From an uncultured Chloroflexia bacterium (GTDB taxonomy: Bacteria > Chloroflexota > Dehalococcoidia > DSTF01 > JALHUB01), in contig OY969814.1 of assembly GCA_963703345.1 (NCBI GenBank), positions 384,001-448,000 of the forward strand: a DNA stretch of 64,000 bases, given 5' to 3'. Position 1 is the stretch's first letter; each line of letters starts with the position of its first letter. The position numbers and the translations under genes are program-made. A model generated the notes under the pieces. That model had not been told where the DNA came from. It saw only the letters and a list, made by a program, of their open reading frames with translations, and ran no database searches. Below, piece by piece: positions 1-10,161 of the stretch.

Positions 1-510
1 GGCGGCAAGAAGACGCGACTTCTCGCCGTCGAGCCGGAGGCCTGCCCCAGCCTGACCCGCGGCGCCGACGTCTACGACTACGGCGACACGGCGGGCATGG
101 CGCCCATAGTCAAGATGTTCACTCTCGGACACACGTTCGCGCCGCCGGCCATCCACGCCGGAGGGCTGCGGTACCATGGCATGGCGCCGATCATATCGGA
201 ACTCCAGCGGCTGCGGTTGGTGGAATCGCGGGCGTACCACCAGAACACGGTATTCCAGGCGGCCGTCCAGTTCGCCCGAGCGGAAGGCATCGTGCCGGCG
301 CCGGAGCCCGCGCACGCAATTCGCGCTGTCATCGACGAAGCGCTTGCCTGCAAGCAGTCCGGCGAGTCGAAGGTCATCCTGCTGGCGCTGAGCGGCCACG
401 GGCACTTCGACATGTCGGCGTACGACAAGTACTTCTCCGGCGAGCTGGAGGACTACGCATACCCGGAGGAGAAGGTGCGAGAGGCGCTGGCGCACGTGCC
501 GCAAGTCTGA
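1..510 (+). CDS. trpB2: Tryptophan synthase beta-like protein (TrpB2), 5'-truncated by the window edge
   Basis: Frame open from base 1: LLAVEPEACPSLTRG, IHAGGLRYHG, EGIVPAPEPAHAI, LSGHGHFD. Confidence 0.9.
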   Translation, partial: GGKKTRLLAVEPEACPSLTRGADVYDYGDTAGMAPIVKMFTLGHTFAPPAIHAGGLRYHGMAPIISELQRLRLVESRAYHQNTVFQAAVQFARAEGIVPAPEPAHAIRAVIDEALACKQSGESKVILLALSGHGHFDMSAYDKYFSGELEDYAYPEEKVREALAHVPQV

Positions 511-541
511 AAGGATATGCTATCGTAAAGCAAAACAACGC

Positions 542-1546
542 ATGGCCAAACAACGCATTCTGACGGGGATCCGGCCGACCGGCGCGCTCCACCTGGGGCA
601 CTACGCCGGCGCGCTCGAGAACTGGGTGCGGCTGCAGGACGAATACGAATGCTTCTTCCTCATCGCCGACTACCAGGTCTCCGACTACGCGGACGACATC
701 GACACGGTGCGTCAGGCGGTCTTTGAGATCGCCATGGACTGGCTGGCCGTCGGCCTGGACCCGCAGCGCAGCCACTTCGTCATCGAAAGCCTTGTCCCGG
801 AGCACGCCGAGCTCACCATCTGGTTGAGCTGGTACGTCGGGCTGGGCCGCCTGCAGCGCAATCCGACGCTCAAGGCGGAGATGGACGAGCTGGAATCGCG
901 GTCGAAGGAAGCCGTGCCCGTCGCCTTCTTCACCTACCCCGTCATGCAGGTGGCGAACATCCTCATGCCGAAGGCGAACCTCGTGCCGACGGGCGAGGAC
1001 CAGTCTCCGCACGTGGAGCTGACGCGCGAGGTGGCGCGTCGCTTCAACCGTCTCTTCGGCGAGGTGTTCCCGGAGCCGGAGGGGCTCGTCGGACGGGTGC
1101 CGCGCCTCGTCGGCATCGACGGCCAGGCCAAGATGAGCAAGTCGTTGAACAACGCCATCTACTTAAAGGACGACGCCGAGACGGTGACGCAGAAGGTGAT
1201 GCGCATGTTCACCGACCCGACGCGCATCCACGCCGACGATCCGGGCCACGTGGAGGGCAATCCAGTCTTCATGTACCACGACGCCTTCAATCCGGATAAG
1301 GCGGAGGTGCGGGACCTCAAGGAGCGCTACGTCGTCGGCAAGGTCGGCGACGTGGAGGTGAAGCAGAAGCTGGCGCGAGCGTTGAACGCCCTGATGGATC
1401 CCATCCGCGAGCGACGCGCCCGCTATGAGGCGCAGCCAGCGCTGGTCCGCGAGGCGCTGGCCGCCGGCAGCGGCCACGCCAAGCGCGTCGCAGAGCAGAC
1501 GATGGCGGAGGTGCGCGCGGCCCTGCGCTTGAACTACCTGGGCTGA
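542..1546 (+). CDS. trpS: Tryptophan--tRNA ligase
   Basis: TGIRPTGALHLGHY (HIGH-like), KMSKS, YPVMQVANIL, GEDQ. Confidence 0.97.
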   Translation: MAKQRILTGIRPTGALHLGHYAGALENWVRLQDEYECFFLIADYQVSDYADDIDTVRQAVFEIAMDWLAVGLDPQRSHFVIESLVPEHAELTIWLSWYVGLGRLQRNPTLKAEMDELESRSKEAVPVAFFTYPVMQVANILMPKANLVPTGEDQSPHVELTREVARRFNRLFGEVFPEPEGLVGRVPRLVGIDGQAKMSKSLNNAIYLKDDAETVTQKVMRMFTDPTRIHADDPGHVEGNPVFMYHDAFNPDKAEVRDLKERYVVGKVGDVEVKQKLARALNALMDPIRERRARYEAQPALVREALAAGSGHAKRVAEQTMAEVRAALRLNYLG

Positions 1547-1649
1547 CGGAACGTCGTGGCCCGGGGCGAAACGTGCATGTCGACGGCGGTCGGAGGCATT
1601 CCGGCCGCCGTCACCTATTGTCAGCCGACCGCTCCTGGCCGAATGTGCG

Positions 1650-1763
1650 ATGCACTCTGGACGAGGATGGAATGCCGCGTCGGACGTCAACGGCGATGGG
1701 CACGTTCACCTCCGAGACCTTGAGATAGGTCTTCAGTCGATGCGATCTTGGAAATGCCGATAG
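1650..1763 (+). pseudogene. Possible dockerin/EF-hand-like gene remnant
   Basis: Own translation MHSGRGWNAASDVNGDGHVHLRDLEIG contains a DxNxDGxV..xD Ca-loop pattern. Confidence 0.3.
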
Positions 1764-1776
1764 GCGGGGCGATCTG

Positions 1777-2598
1777 TCAGGCTTTGACGGCGACGACCTG
1801 TAGCCAATTCCGCGGCACCGTCGTCAGCTTCAACTCGCGGAAGGCTTCCGCAGCGCCGCGGCGCAGGCAGTCGGCGGCAAGCGCCAGGGGGACGCCGGGC
1901 AAAGCTCCTCGGGCAAACAGCTCGTACTCGCTGATCGCCTGGAAGCCCTCCAGCGGCATGTCGACCGGGCACAGCTCCAGCCGTTGCACATTGAAGCCGC
2001 CATCGGCAAGCAACTGTTTGTACTCGTTGACGCTGAGTTGGATGCGCGCCTGCGCCCGCTCTTCCTTCTCGCGACGCATCTCCGGGTTCTCGTCGCGGAA
2101 GATGCGCATCGCGCGGCGCACCCACAGCACGTAGAACGGCATCGTGTCGGCCGGCTGGGCGCCCTCGAAGAATGTGCTGTTGAAGGCGAAGAGGCCGCGC
2201 TCCCTGAGCGCCTCCGACACCTCGTGCAGCATCCGCCGCTTGTCTTCGACGAGATGGATGGCGTTGCAGAAGACGACCGCGTCGGCGGTGCGCTGGACGA
2301 AGCGCGAAAGGTTCTCGGCCTGGCCGGAGACGAAGCGCACGACGGCGCCCCAGCGCTCCTGCAGGTCCCGACGCGCCAGCTCAAGCGCCGAGTCCGACGG
2401 CTCTACGGCGACGACTTCGCCCTTGTCCGGGTGCATCGTCTCCAGGATCAGCGTCGTGACCGCACCCGTGCCGGCGCCGAGGTTGACGACCCGCTGCGAC
2501 GGCCCGAGCCCGCACATTTCGACGAGGCGGCGGTTGATGGCAGTGTAGAACGGCTGGCTGGCGAACTTCCGGAACGAGTCTCCTTCTAACTCCGTCAT
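1777..2598 (-). CDS. Class I SAM-dependent methyltransferase
   Basis: Motif I VVNLGAGTG, VAVEPS, ADAVVFCNAIHL; ATG at 2598 after GGAGG. Confidence 0.85.
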   Translation of the reverse strand: MTELEGDSFRKFASQPFYTAINRRLVEMCGLGPSQRVVNLGAGTGAVTTLILETMHPDKGEVVAVEPSDSALELARRDLQERWGAVVRFVSGQAENLSRFVQRTADAVVFCNAIHLVEDKRRMLHEVSEALRERGLFAFNSTFFEGAQPADTMPFYVLWVRRAMRIFRDENPEMRREKEERAQARIQLSVNEYKQLLADGGFNVQRLELCPVDMPLEGFQAISEYELFARGALPGVPLALAADCLRRGAAEAFRELKLTTVPRNWLQVVAVKA

Positions 2599-2617
2599 TC
2601 CTGAGCCTCCTCTGGCC

Positions 2618-3517
2618 TTATGCGGGAACCACGAGGTCGATGCGCTGGCGGCGAACCTCGGCCATGATCTTCGCCGCGCCCGCTTCGTCCGGCTCAACGA
2701 GCGGCAGTCGCAGGCCGCCGACCCTGCAGCCGAGCTCGCGCAGGGCGTACTTGATTGGTATCGGGTTGCTGGCGACGGTCATCAGCGTCACCATCAGCGG
2801 CAGGAGGCGTCGGTGAATCGCCGCCGCTTCCTCCACCTTGCCGTCGAGGAACTTGTCGATGATCTCGCGCATCTGCAGGCCGACGAGGTGTGAGACGACG
2901 CAGATGACGCCGTAGCCGCCGATCGACAGGATGGGCAGCGTGTCGGAGTCGTTGCCGCTCCAGATGCGGAAGTCCTCCCGCGAGCGCGAGATTATCTGGC
3001 CTATCTGCTCCAAATTCCCGCTGGCTTCCTTCAGCCCGGCGATGTTCGGGATCCCCGACAGCCGGATGCTCGTCTCCGCCGTCATGTTGACGCCGGTGCG
3101 CCCGGGGATGTTGTAGAGGATGCAGGGCAGGCTCGTCTCGCGGGCCAGCGTCTCGAAGTGACGGAATAGCCCCTCCTGCGTCGGCTTGTTGTAGTAAGGC
3201 ACCGTCAGCAGGAGCGCGTCGACGCCGGCGGCCTCCGCCTCGCGGCCCAGCTTCGCGCTCTCGGCCGTATTGTAGTTGCCGCTGCCGGCCACGACGACGC
3301 CGGAGCTACCCACCGCCTCCTTTACCGCCTTGAAAAGACCCACCTTCTCATCGTGACTGAGCGTGGGCACCTCGCCGGTCGTTCCGGCCACGACGACGCC
3401 GTCGCTGCCCGAGCGCAGGAGCGCCAGCGCCAGTTCCTGCGCCTGCCGGTAGTCGACAGCGCCTTCGTCGTTGAAGGGGGTGATCATCGCCGTCAGCAAA
3501 CGGCCTATCTCTACCAT
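2618..3517 (-). CDS. dapA: 4-hydroxy-tetrahydrodipicolinate synthase
   Basis: TAMITPF, GTTGE, PYYNKP, LYNIPGRTG, GLKEASG; GGAGGAGG upstream of ATG 3517. Confidence 0.96.
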   Translation of the reverse strand: MVEIGRLLTAMITPFNDEGAVDYRQAQELALALLRSGSDGVVVAGTTGEVPTLSHDEKVGLFKAVKEAVGSSGVVVAGSGNYNTAESAKLGREAEAAGVDALLLTVPYYNKPTQEGLFRHFETLARETSLPCILYNIPGRTGVNMTAETSIRLSGIPNIAGLKEASGNLEQIGQIISRSREDFRIWSGNDSDTLPILSIGGYGVICVVSHLVGLQMREIIDKFLDGKVEEAAAIHRRLLPLMVTLMTVASNPIPIKYALRELGCRVGGLRLPLVEPDEAGAAKIMAEVRRQRIDLVVPA

Positions 3518-3537
3518 GATGTCCTCCTCCGGCGGGG

Positions 3538-4557
3538 TTAGACGAGGTCTCTCTTTACCAGCTCTTCGGCTATCTGAATTGCGTTGAGGGCGGCCCCCTT
3601 GCGGAGGTTGTCGGAAGAGATCCACATCGCAATGGAGTTCGGGTGAGAGTCGTCCTGACGGATGCGGCCCACGAACACGTCGTCCTCACCGGCGGCAAGC
3701 CAGGGAAGCGGGTAGAGGCTAATGCTCGGATCGTCCTGCACCGTCACGCCCGGCGACTCGGCGAGGATGTCGCGCACCTCGTCCGGGTCCATCGGATGCG
3801 TCAACTCCACGTGCACCGCGCAGCTATGCGAGATCATGACCGGCACGCGGACGCAGGTCGCCGACATAGCGATCGTCTCGTCGTGCATGATCTTGCGGGT
3901 CTCGTGGATCATCTTCCACTCCTCTTTGGTGTAGCCGCTGTCCATGAAGACGTCGATCTGCGGGAGCAGGTTGAACGCTATCTGGTGCGGATAGACGTGG
4001 GGCGAGGCGTCCTTTCCCTCGAGCACTTGCTTCGTTTGCGTCACGAGCTCGTCGACCGCCGCCTTGCCGGTGCCGGAAACGGACTGGTAGGTGTCGGCGA
4101 TGACGCGCTTTACCGGGTTCACCCTGTGAATCGGCCACAGACACATGACCACCGGCGTCGTCGAGCAGTTGGGTATGGAGATGATGCCGTGGTGCTTCGC
4201 CACGTCGTCGGCGTTCACCTCCGGCACGACGAGCGGCACTCTCGGGTCCATGCGCCAGGCAGAGCTGTCGTCGATGGCGATGGCGCCGACCTGGGCAGCT
4301 ATCGGGCAGTAGTCGCGCGAAGCCTGGCCGCTGGCGGACACGAAGACGAAGTCGGCGCCGGCGAAGGAGTCGTTCGTCGTCTCTTCCACCGTGATCTCCT
4401 GGTCGCCGACGACGATCTTCTTGCCGGCGGAGCGAGAGGTGGCGAGCAGGCGCAGCCCCTTCACCGGGAACTTGCGCTGCTGCAGGATGCCCAGGAACTC
4501 GCGACCCACCATGCCGGTGGCACCGACGACGGCGATGTTGTACTTCTTGTCAGACAT
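3538..4557 (-). CDS. asd: Aspartate-semialdehyde dehydrogenase
   Basis: VVGATGMVG, PNCST, TYQSVSGTG, CVRVPV, DNLRKGAALNAIQIAE. Confidence 0.97.
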   Translation of the reverse strand: MSDKKYNIAVVGATGMVGREFLGILQQRKFPVKGLRLLATSRSAGKKIVVGDQEITVEETTNDSFAGADFVFVSASGQASRDYCPIAAQVGAIAIDDSSAWRMDPRVPLVVPEVNADDVAKHHGIISIPNCSTTPVVMCLWPIHRVNPVKRVIADTYQSVSGTGKAAVDELVTQTKQVLEGKDASPHVYPHQIAFNLLPQIDVFMDSGYTKEEWKMIHETRKIMHDETIAMSATCVRVPVMISHSCAVHVELTHPMDPDEVRDILAESPGVTVQDDPSISLYPLPWLAAGEDDVFVGRIRQDDSHPNSIAMWISSDNLRKGAALNAIQIAEELVKRDLV

Positions 4558-4561
4558 GAGC

Positions 4562-4674
4562 GCTCAACTTCCTGCTAGATTCAGGCCTATCAGTAGCGGG
4601 CGACCCGCCACTGCCCCATCGCGGGATAGGAGGTTACGCGCCGTCCGTCTCCAATCGCACGGTGAGCTATCATA
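4562..4674 (-). promoter_or_regulatory. Putative asd promoter (-10 TATGAT) and multi-stem 5' leader
   Basis: Nested pairings 4562-66/4663-67, 4586-91/4625-30, 4591-4600/4604-13, 4571-74/4582-85. Confidence 0.45.
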
Positions 4675-4727
4675 ATAATGGCAGAAGGGGGGATCAGGCA
4701 ACAGCGGCAGCGTTTCGGAATCTGCCG

Positions 4728-5522
4728 CTAGAGGCCGATGAGCTTGTCCAGGCCGCGCACGAGCTCGCTGCGCTGCATCACTTCTTTCGTCGCCAGAAGC
4801 ACGCCCGGCATGAAGGAATCGCGGCCCGTGGAGTCGTGACGGATGGTCAGCGTCTGACCCGTCCCGCCGAAGATGACCTCCTGGTGAGCAACCAGTCCCG
4901 GCAGGCGCACGCTGTGGATGGCTATGCCGCCAAGGGAGCCGCCGCGCGTTCCTGCCACCATCTCCTTCTGCGTCGGCGCTTCCAGGAAGGGACGGCCGCG
5001 ACTGGCCAGCATCCCCTGCGCGGTCGCTATCGCCGTCCCGGAGGGCGCGTCGACCTTCTGGTTGTGGTGCAGCTCGATAATCTCGGCGTGGTCGAGGTGT
5101 TTCGAGACGATTCGCGCCAGGTGCATCATGAGCACCGCGCCGATGGCGAAATTCGACGCGGCGACGGCGCCGATCCCCTTCTCCTTGCAGCCGCGCTCCA
5201 GTTCGGAGAGCAGGTCTTCGGATAGGCCCGTCGTGCCGATGACCATGCGGACGCCGTTGTCCAGCGCCGCTTTCACGACCTGCGGCGTCCAGTCGGCGTG
5301 AGTGAAGTCGATGATCACGTCGGGGCGGGAGCGCGAGAGCAGCGCCTGCGGGTCCTTGTCCAGATGGACGAGGCCCGAGCCGTCCGGCAGCGAGACGTAC
5401 TCCTCGGCGGAGAACTTCTCGAGAACGCCGACGGGTTCCAGTTCAGCGTCGCTGCAGACCGCCGCCAGTATCTCCCGGCCCATCTTGCCGGTGCCGCTGA
5501 CAACCACTCGAATTTGAGCCAT
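4728..5522 (-). CDS. dapB: 4-hydroxy-tetrahydrodipicolinate reductase
   Basis: GTGKMG, IDFT, VIGTTG, EIIELHHNQKVDAPSGTA. Confidence 0.96.
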   Translation of the reverse strand: MAQIRVVVSGTGKMGREILAAVCSDAELEPVGVLEKFSAEEYVSLPDGSGLVHLDKDPQALLSRSRPDVIIDFTHADWTPQVVKAALDNGVRMVIGTTGLSEDLLSELERGCKEKGIGAVAASNFAIGAVLMMHLARIVSKHLDHAEIIELHHNQKVDAPSGTAIATAQGMLASRGRPFLEAPTQKEMVAGTRGGSLGGIAIHSVRLPGLVAHQEVIFGGTGQTLTIRHDSTGRDSFMPGVLLATKEVMQRSELVRGLDKLIGL

Positions 5523-5558
5523 GGTACTTCCCTGTGACCAGCCGCTGCGAGCTAGCCT

Positions 5559-8015
5559 CTACCAGCGTCTGCCGAAAGGCGGACGCGGCGCCGGCCCGGC
5601 GCCGCCGGGCCCTCCCTGACGCGGTTCCTGCCTGTGCCCCTGGCCGTACGGACGCCGTCGCGGACGGGCCGCTCCGCCATCCGGCGAATTGCGAGATTGG
5701 CCTGGGGCGCCGGGCGGCCGGCCACCGGTAGAACGTCGCGGCGGTCGCTGCTCCGAGCCGTAGCCGGGACGCCTGCCGCGTCCGCCGGCAGGGCCGCCGA
5801 TGGGCATCCGCTCCGTCGGGAGCGGCGGCGGCTGGGGCTCCTCGCCTTCCGTCTCGCCTTGCGTCCCGCCTCTTGTCTCGCCTTGCGTCCCGCCTTGCGT
5901 CCCGCCTCTTGTCTCGCCTTGCGTCCCGCCTTGCGTCCCGCCTTCAAGCACCGCGCGCCGCGAAAGGTTGATGCGCCCGAGGTTGTCGATCTCCATGACC
6001 ATCACCATGATCTCGTCGCCCACCTTCACCACGTCCTCAACACTGGGCACACGGTAGTCGGCAAGTTCCGAGATGCGCACCAGCCCCTCTTTGCCGGGAA
6101 TTATCTCGACGAAGGCGCCGAAGTTGGTCGTTCGCGTGACTCGCCCTGTATAGATCGTGCCGATTTCGACCTCACGCGTCAGCCCCTGGATCATCTCGAT
6201 GGCGCGATTGGCCTGCTCCTCGCTGGTCGAGCCGATGAAGACCGTGCCGTCGTCCTCAACGTCGATCGTGCACTTCGTCTCTTCGATGATGGAACGAATG
6301 ACGCGACCGCCCGGGCCGATCACCTGGCCGATCTTGCCCTGCGGAATCTTGATCCGGTACATGCGCGGAGCATAACGCGAAAGCTCCTGGCGGCTCTCGG
6401 AGATGGTGTTGTGCATCTTGTCGAGGATCTCCAGGCGCGCCTCCTTTGCCTGCTCGAGCGCTTCGCCCATGATCTCCGGCGTAATTCCCTTTACCTTGAT
6501 GTCCATCTGAAGCGCCGTGATGCCGCCGGCCGTGCCCGCGACTTTGAAGTCCATGTCGCCCATCGCGTCTTCCAGGCCGGCGATGTCGGTGAGGATCTTG
6601 TAAGTGCCGTCCTCGCCCTTGATCAGTCCCATCGCGATTCCAGCGACCGGTTCCTTAATCGGAACGCCGGCGTCCATGAGAGCGAGCGTGCTGCCGCAGA
6701 CGCTGGCCATCGACGTGCTGCCGTTGCTGGACAGGACCTCCGTGACAAGCCGGATGGTGTACGGGAACTCGTCTTCCGCCGGGATGACGGGCTCGATGGC
6801 GCGTTCCGCAAGAGCGCCGTGACCGATGTCGCGGCGGCTCGGCGAGCCCATTCGCCTCACTTCGCCGACTGAGAAGGGCGGGAAGTTGTAGTGGTGAAGG
6901 AAGCGTTTCGTGTCCTCCGGCGACAGCGTGTCCAGGCGCTGCTCTTCGCTGGCCGAGCCCAGGGTCGCGATCGTTAGGGCCTGCGTTTGGCCGCGGGTGA
7001 ACAGGCCGGAGCCGTGGGTGCGCGGCAGAATGCCGACCTCGGCGCTGATGGGCCTTATCTCTTTCAGACCGCGCCCGTCCGGCCGTACGTTCTTTTCGAG
7101 AATGCTTTGCCGGACCTGCTGTTTGACGCTTTCGTCGAAGGCGGCCAGTATCTGCTCCGCCGCATACGTCTCGCCCAGGCGCTCCAGTAGCTCCTCGCGG
7201 CGCTCGCCGAGAGAGCGGTCCCGCTCCTCGCGGTTGACGGCTGCGACAATCTCCTCCAGCTTGCCTTCCAGGAACTGCGCCACGTCGCGGCGCACCGCCT
7301 CGCCGACTTCCCGCGGCGCCACGATCGTCTTCTCCTTGCCGACGTCGCGAACCATCTCGTTCTGCAAGGCGATCATCGCCTGGTTCGCCTCGTAGCCGGC
7401 GCGGATGCCGCCAAGCACCCTCTCCTCCGAGACGCCGGTTGCTCCCGCCTCAACCATCATCACCGCTTCCGCCGTGCTCGACACGATGAGGTCGATCTCG
7501 CTGTCCTTGAGCTGCGTGAACGTGGGCAGGATGACGTACTCGCCGTCGATGTAGCCAACGCGCACGGAGCTGACCGGGCCGGCAAACGGTATGGGGGATA
7601 TGCTCAGAGCGGCGGAGGCGCCGATTGTGCCCAACACGTCCGGTGAGTTCTCCTGATCGGCGGAGAGCACCGTTACGACGATCTGGACGTCGTTGCGATA
7701 GCCCTTGGGAAAGAGCGGCCGCAGGGGCCTGTCGGTGAGGCGAGCGGCGAGCACCGCTTCCGTCGTCGGACGGCCCTCCCGGCGGAAGAAGCTGCCGGGA
7801 ATCTTGCCCGCGGCATAAAGCCGCTCTTCATAGTCGATCGTGAGAGGAAAGAAGTCGATTCCCTCTCTTGGCTGCTCCGTCGCGCAGGCTGTGACGAGGA
7901 CAACGGTATCGCCGTAGCGCACCGTGACCGATCCGCCGGCCTGAAAAGCCAGCTTGCCGGTCTCGATGGTCAACTGGCGTCCGTTAACCGTCCGTTCGTA
8001 GACTCGTGGATTCAC
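5559..8015 (-). CDS. pnp: Polyribonucleotide nucleotidyltransferase with extended low-complexity C-terminal tail
   Basis: [44 protein letters not shown] and S1 domains. Confidence 0.97.
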   Translation of the reverse strand: MNPRVYERTVNGRQLTIETGKLAFQAGGSVTVRYGDTVVLVTACATEQPREGIDFFPLTIDYEERLYAAGKIPGSFFRREGRPTTEAVLAARLTDRPLRPLFPKGYRNDVQIVVTVLSADQENSPDVLGTIGASAALSISPIPFAGPVSSVRVGYIDGEYVILPTFTQLKDSEIDLIVSSTAEAVMMVEAGATGVSEERVLGGIRAGYEANQAMIALQNEMVRDVGKEKTIVAPREVGEAVRRDVAQFLEGKLEEIVAAVNREERDRSLGERREELLERLGETYAAEQILAAFDESVKQQVRQSILEKNVRPDGRGLKEIRPISAEVGILPRTHGSGLFTRGQTQALTIATLGSASEEQRLDTLSPEDTKRFLHHYNFPPFSVGEVRRMGSPSRRDIGHGALAERAIEPVIPAEDEFPYTIRLVTEVLSSNGSTSMASVCGSTLALMDAGVPIKEPVAGIAMGLIKGEDGTYKILTDIAGLEDAMGDMDFKVAGTAGGITALQMDIKVKGITPEIMGEALEQAKEARLEILDKMHNTISESRQELSRYAPRMYRIKIPQGKIGQVIGPGGRVIRSIIEETKCTIDVEDDGTVFIGSTSEEQANRAIEMIQGLTREVEIGTIYTGRVTRTTNFGAFVEIIPGKEGLVRISELADYRVPSVEDVVKVGDEIMVMVMEIDNLGRINLSRRAVLEGGTQGGTQGETRGGTQGGTQGETRGGTQGETEGEEPQPPPLPTERMPIGGPAGGRGRRPGYGSEQRPPRRSTGGRPPGAPGQSRNSPDGGAARPRRRPYGQGHRQEPRQGGPGGAGPAPRPPFGRRW
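5851..5944. repeat. Tandem 12-bp units (36-bp higher-order period) encoding GGTQ/GETR in the PNPase tail
   Basis: ccttgcgtcccg and cctcttgtctcg units visible. Confidence 0.85.
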
Positions 8016-8235
8016 ATGAACCTCCCTAAACCCGTGCCGAATGGGCGGCTTTCCTCACGCCGCCGTCTTGGGGCCATCAGGCGTAATGCTAAGCGATTGG
8101 GCGAAATGTTCCCTGACTCATCCGGCGGGGGTCAACCCGTCTTCCGGACGCTACTCCTCGAATCCAACAGGACACAATTGGAGGAGCTATCGACCTGAGG
8201 ATGCGCTTGCTCTCTCTCTACAGAAAGGCCGCCGC

Positions 8236-8502
8236 TTACTTGCGGAGGCCTAGTCTCGCGAGGACGGTTCGATAGCGCTGCACGTCCTTCTTGTTGAGGT
8301 ACGCGAGCTGTCTCCGCCTCTGTCCCACCATCTTCAGGAGGCCGCGCTGAGAGTGGAAGTCGTGCTTGTGCGTCCTCAGATGGGCGCTGACCTGACTGAT
8401 CTTCGCAGTCAGGAGGGCTACTTGCACCTCTGGAGAACCGGTATCGGTTTGGTGAGTGGCGTATTCCTCTACGACGTCCTGTTTCTTCTCTTTGCTCAGC
8501 AT
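8236..8502 (-). CDS. rpsO: 30S ribosomal protein S15
   Basis: [33 protein letters not shown]. Confidence 0.98.
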   Translation of the reverse strand: MLSKEKKQDVVEEYATHQTDTGSPEVQVALLTAKISQVSAHLRTHKHDFHSQRGLLKMVGQRRRQLAYLNKKDVQRYRTVLARLGLRK

Positions 8503-8656
8503 CTGCCCTTCGCGTGGCCCTCTTCCGTCTTGGATTCCTTATCTAGTGTATAATTCTAGCATAGCGTTTGTGCTGACTGCAACGCAGTATATCCCTTCAA
8601 GGAGCTCTCGAGCATCGCGGCCGGGCACACCGCGAGGAAGGGCGGACCGTCAGCGG

Positions 8657-9514
8657 ATGGCACGGGTAGCAGTGGTGACGGATAGCGCAGCTTCGCTGCC
8701 GGCTTCACTGCGCGCCGAGCACGACATCGAAGTCGTCCCCCTTAACCTCGTCTTCGACGACCACTCCTATGCGGACGGCCTTGAGACCAACGGCAATTTC
8801 TACCGCGCCCTGAAGGCCGCCCGCCGGCCACCGACGACGACGGGCGCCTCGCCGGGAACACACCTGGAAGCGCTCCGACGCGCCGCCGCAAAGGCTGACT
8901 CCGTCTTGTGCATCACCGTCTCGGCCCAGTTCAGCGGCACCTACGACTCCGCCCTCCAGGCAGCCGCCCTCCTCAAGCAAGAGCGCCCCGGCACCGAAGT
9001 CGTCGTACTCGACTCGCGCAGCGCCGCTATGGGAGAGGGCTTCGTCGTCCTTGAAGCTGCGAAGGCCGCTGCCGCCGGCGGCAGCCTTGCCGACGTGAAA
9101 GCGGCAGCCGAAGGTGCGATGCCCCGCGTCGGCATCGTCGCCGTAATCGACACGCTCGAATACCTGGCCAGAGGCGGACGCGTGCCGCGCATCCAGGCCT
9201 GGGCCTCGGCCCTGCTGAGCGTGAAGCCGATAATCGAGCTCCGGCAGCAGGACATCCACCTGCTCACTCGCACCCGCACCCGGCGACGCGCCGTCGCCCA
9301 GCTAATCCCGATTCTCGAGCAGCGCGGCCTCTACGGAGAGCGCCTCCACCTGTGCGTTCAGCACACGAACGTCCTCGACGAGGCGCTGGGGCTGGCAGAG
9401 GAAGCGCAGCAACGCCTCCATCCTGCCGAAATGGCCGTGAGCGAGTTCACGCTGGTCATGGGGGCGCACATCGGACCGGGTCTGCTAGGACTCGCCTACT
9501 ACGTCGAACCCTGA
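8657..9514 (+). CDS. DegV family fatty-acid-binding protein
   Basis: VAVVTDS, SGTYDSA, LDSRSAAMGEG, LEYLARGGR, GAHIGPG. Confidence 0.92.
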   Translation: MARVAVVTDSAASLPASLRAEHDIEVVPLNLVFDDHSYADGLETNGNFYRALKAARRPPTTTGASPGTHLEALRRAAAKADSVLCITVSAQFSGTYDSALQAAALLKQERPGTEVVVLDSRSAAMGEGFVVLEAAKAAAAGGSLADVKAAAEGAMPRVGIVAVIDTLEYLARGGRVPRIQAWASALLSVKPIIELRQQDIHLLTRTRTRRRAVAQLIPILEQRGLYGERLHLCVQHTNVLDEALGLAEEAQQRLHPAEMAVSEFTLVMGAHIGPGLLGLAYYVEP

Positions 9515-9522
9515 CCCAGCGA

Positions 9523-10113
9523 ATGCCGCAGCGACCGCCTTCCGCCGTCCAGAGATTCCTCCAGGCGCTGGACCCGCTACCGGCCCCGCGGCCCAACCCG
9601 GCGCTTGTCGTCATAAGCGGCCTACCGGGGACCGGCAAGTCGCAGTTTGCCCGCGAGTTGCGGGATCGGACCGGCGCAGTCGTGCTCGAAAGCGATGCTC
9701 TCCGCCGGCTCCTGGTCGAAAGGCCGTCCTACTCCTGGCAGGAGAGCCGCCGCCTGTTCGCCGCTATCCACGGCGTCGTGGAGCGATTGCTCTGCGAAGG
9801 CATGTCCGTTATCCTCGACGCCACCAACCTCGCCGAGGCCTATCGCCGACCGCTCTACGCCATCGCCGAGGAGTGCAACGCACGGCTGTTGCTGGTAGAG
9901 GTCACCGCTCCGACCGAAGTGGCGCGGAAACGACTGGCGGAGCGCGTTGTAGCGGGCGGAAGCTCGTCCGAGGCCGACGTGGCGGTCTACGAACGGATGC
10001 TGACGGCACGCGAGAAGATACGCCGCGAGCACTTCGTCGTCGACACGTCGAAGCCGTACGATCGGGCGCTCAGGACCATCGCCCGCGAGATGGAGCGCGG
10101 GCCCCGGAAATAG
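9523..10113 (+). CDS. AAA_33-type P-loop kinase
   Basis: ISGLPGTGKS, ESDALRR, VILDATN, SEAD. Confidence 0.85.
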   Translation: MPQRPPSAVQRFLQALDPLPAPRPNPALVVISGLPGTGKSQFARELRDRTGAVVLESDALRRLLVERPSYSWQESRRLFAAIHGVVERLLCEGMSVILDATNLAEAYRRPLYAIAEECNARLLLVEVTAPTEVARKRLAERVVAGGSSSEADVAVYERMLTAREKIRREHFVVDTSKPYDRALRTIAREMERGPRK

Positions 10114-10114
10114 G

Positions 10115-10134
10115 AAAAACCCCCATCAGGGGGC
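10115..10134 (-). terminator. Probable intrinsic terminator for the PAP2-like genes
   Basis: Minus strand CCCCC-TGAT-GGGGG-TTTTT. Confidence 0.5.
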
Positions 10135-10161
10135 TCCATCGAATTGGCGGCCCGCCTGTCC

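Noticed and set aside
5851-5944. Short repeats as a possible CRISPR array, and the KAGRKARQE repeat ORF 5552-5947
   Set aside because: Contiguous tandem units without spacers inside pnp; the other ORF is an alternate frame of the same repeat
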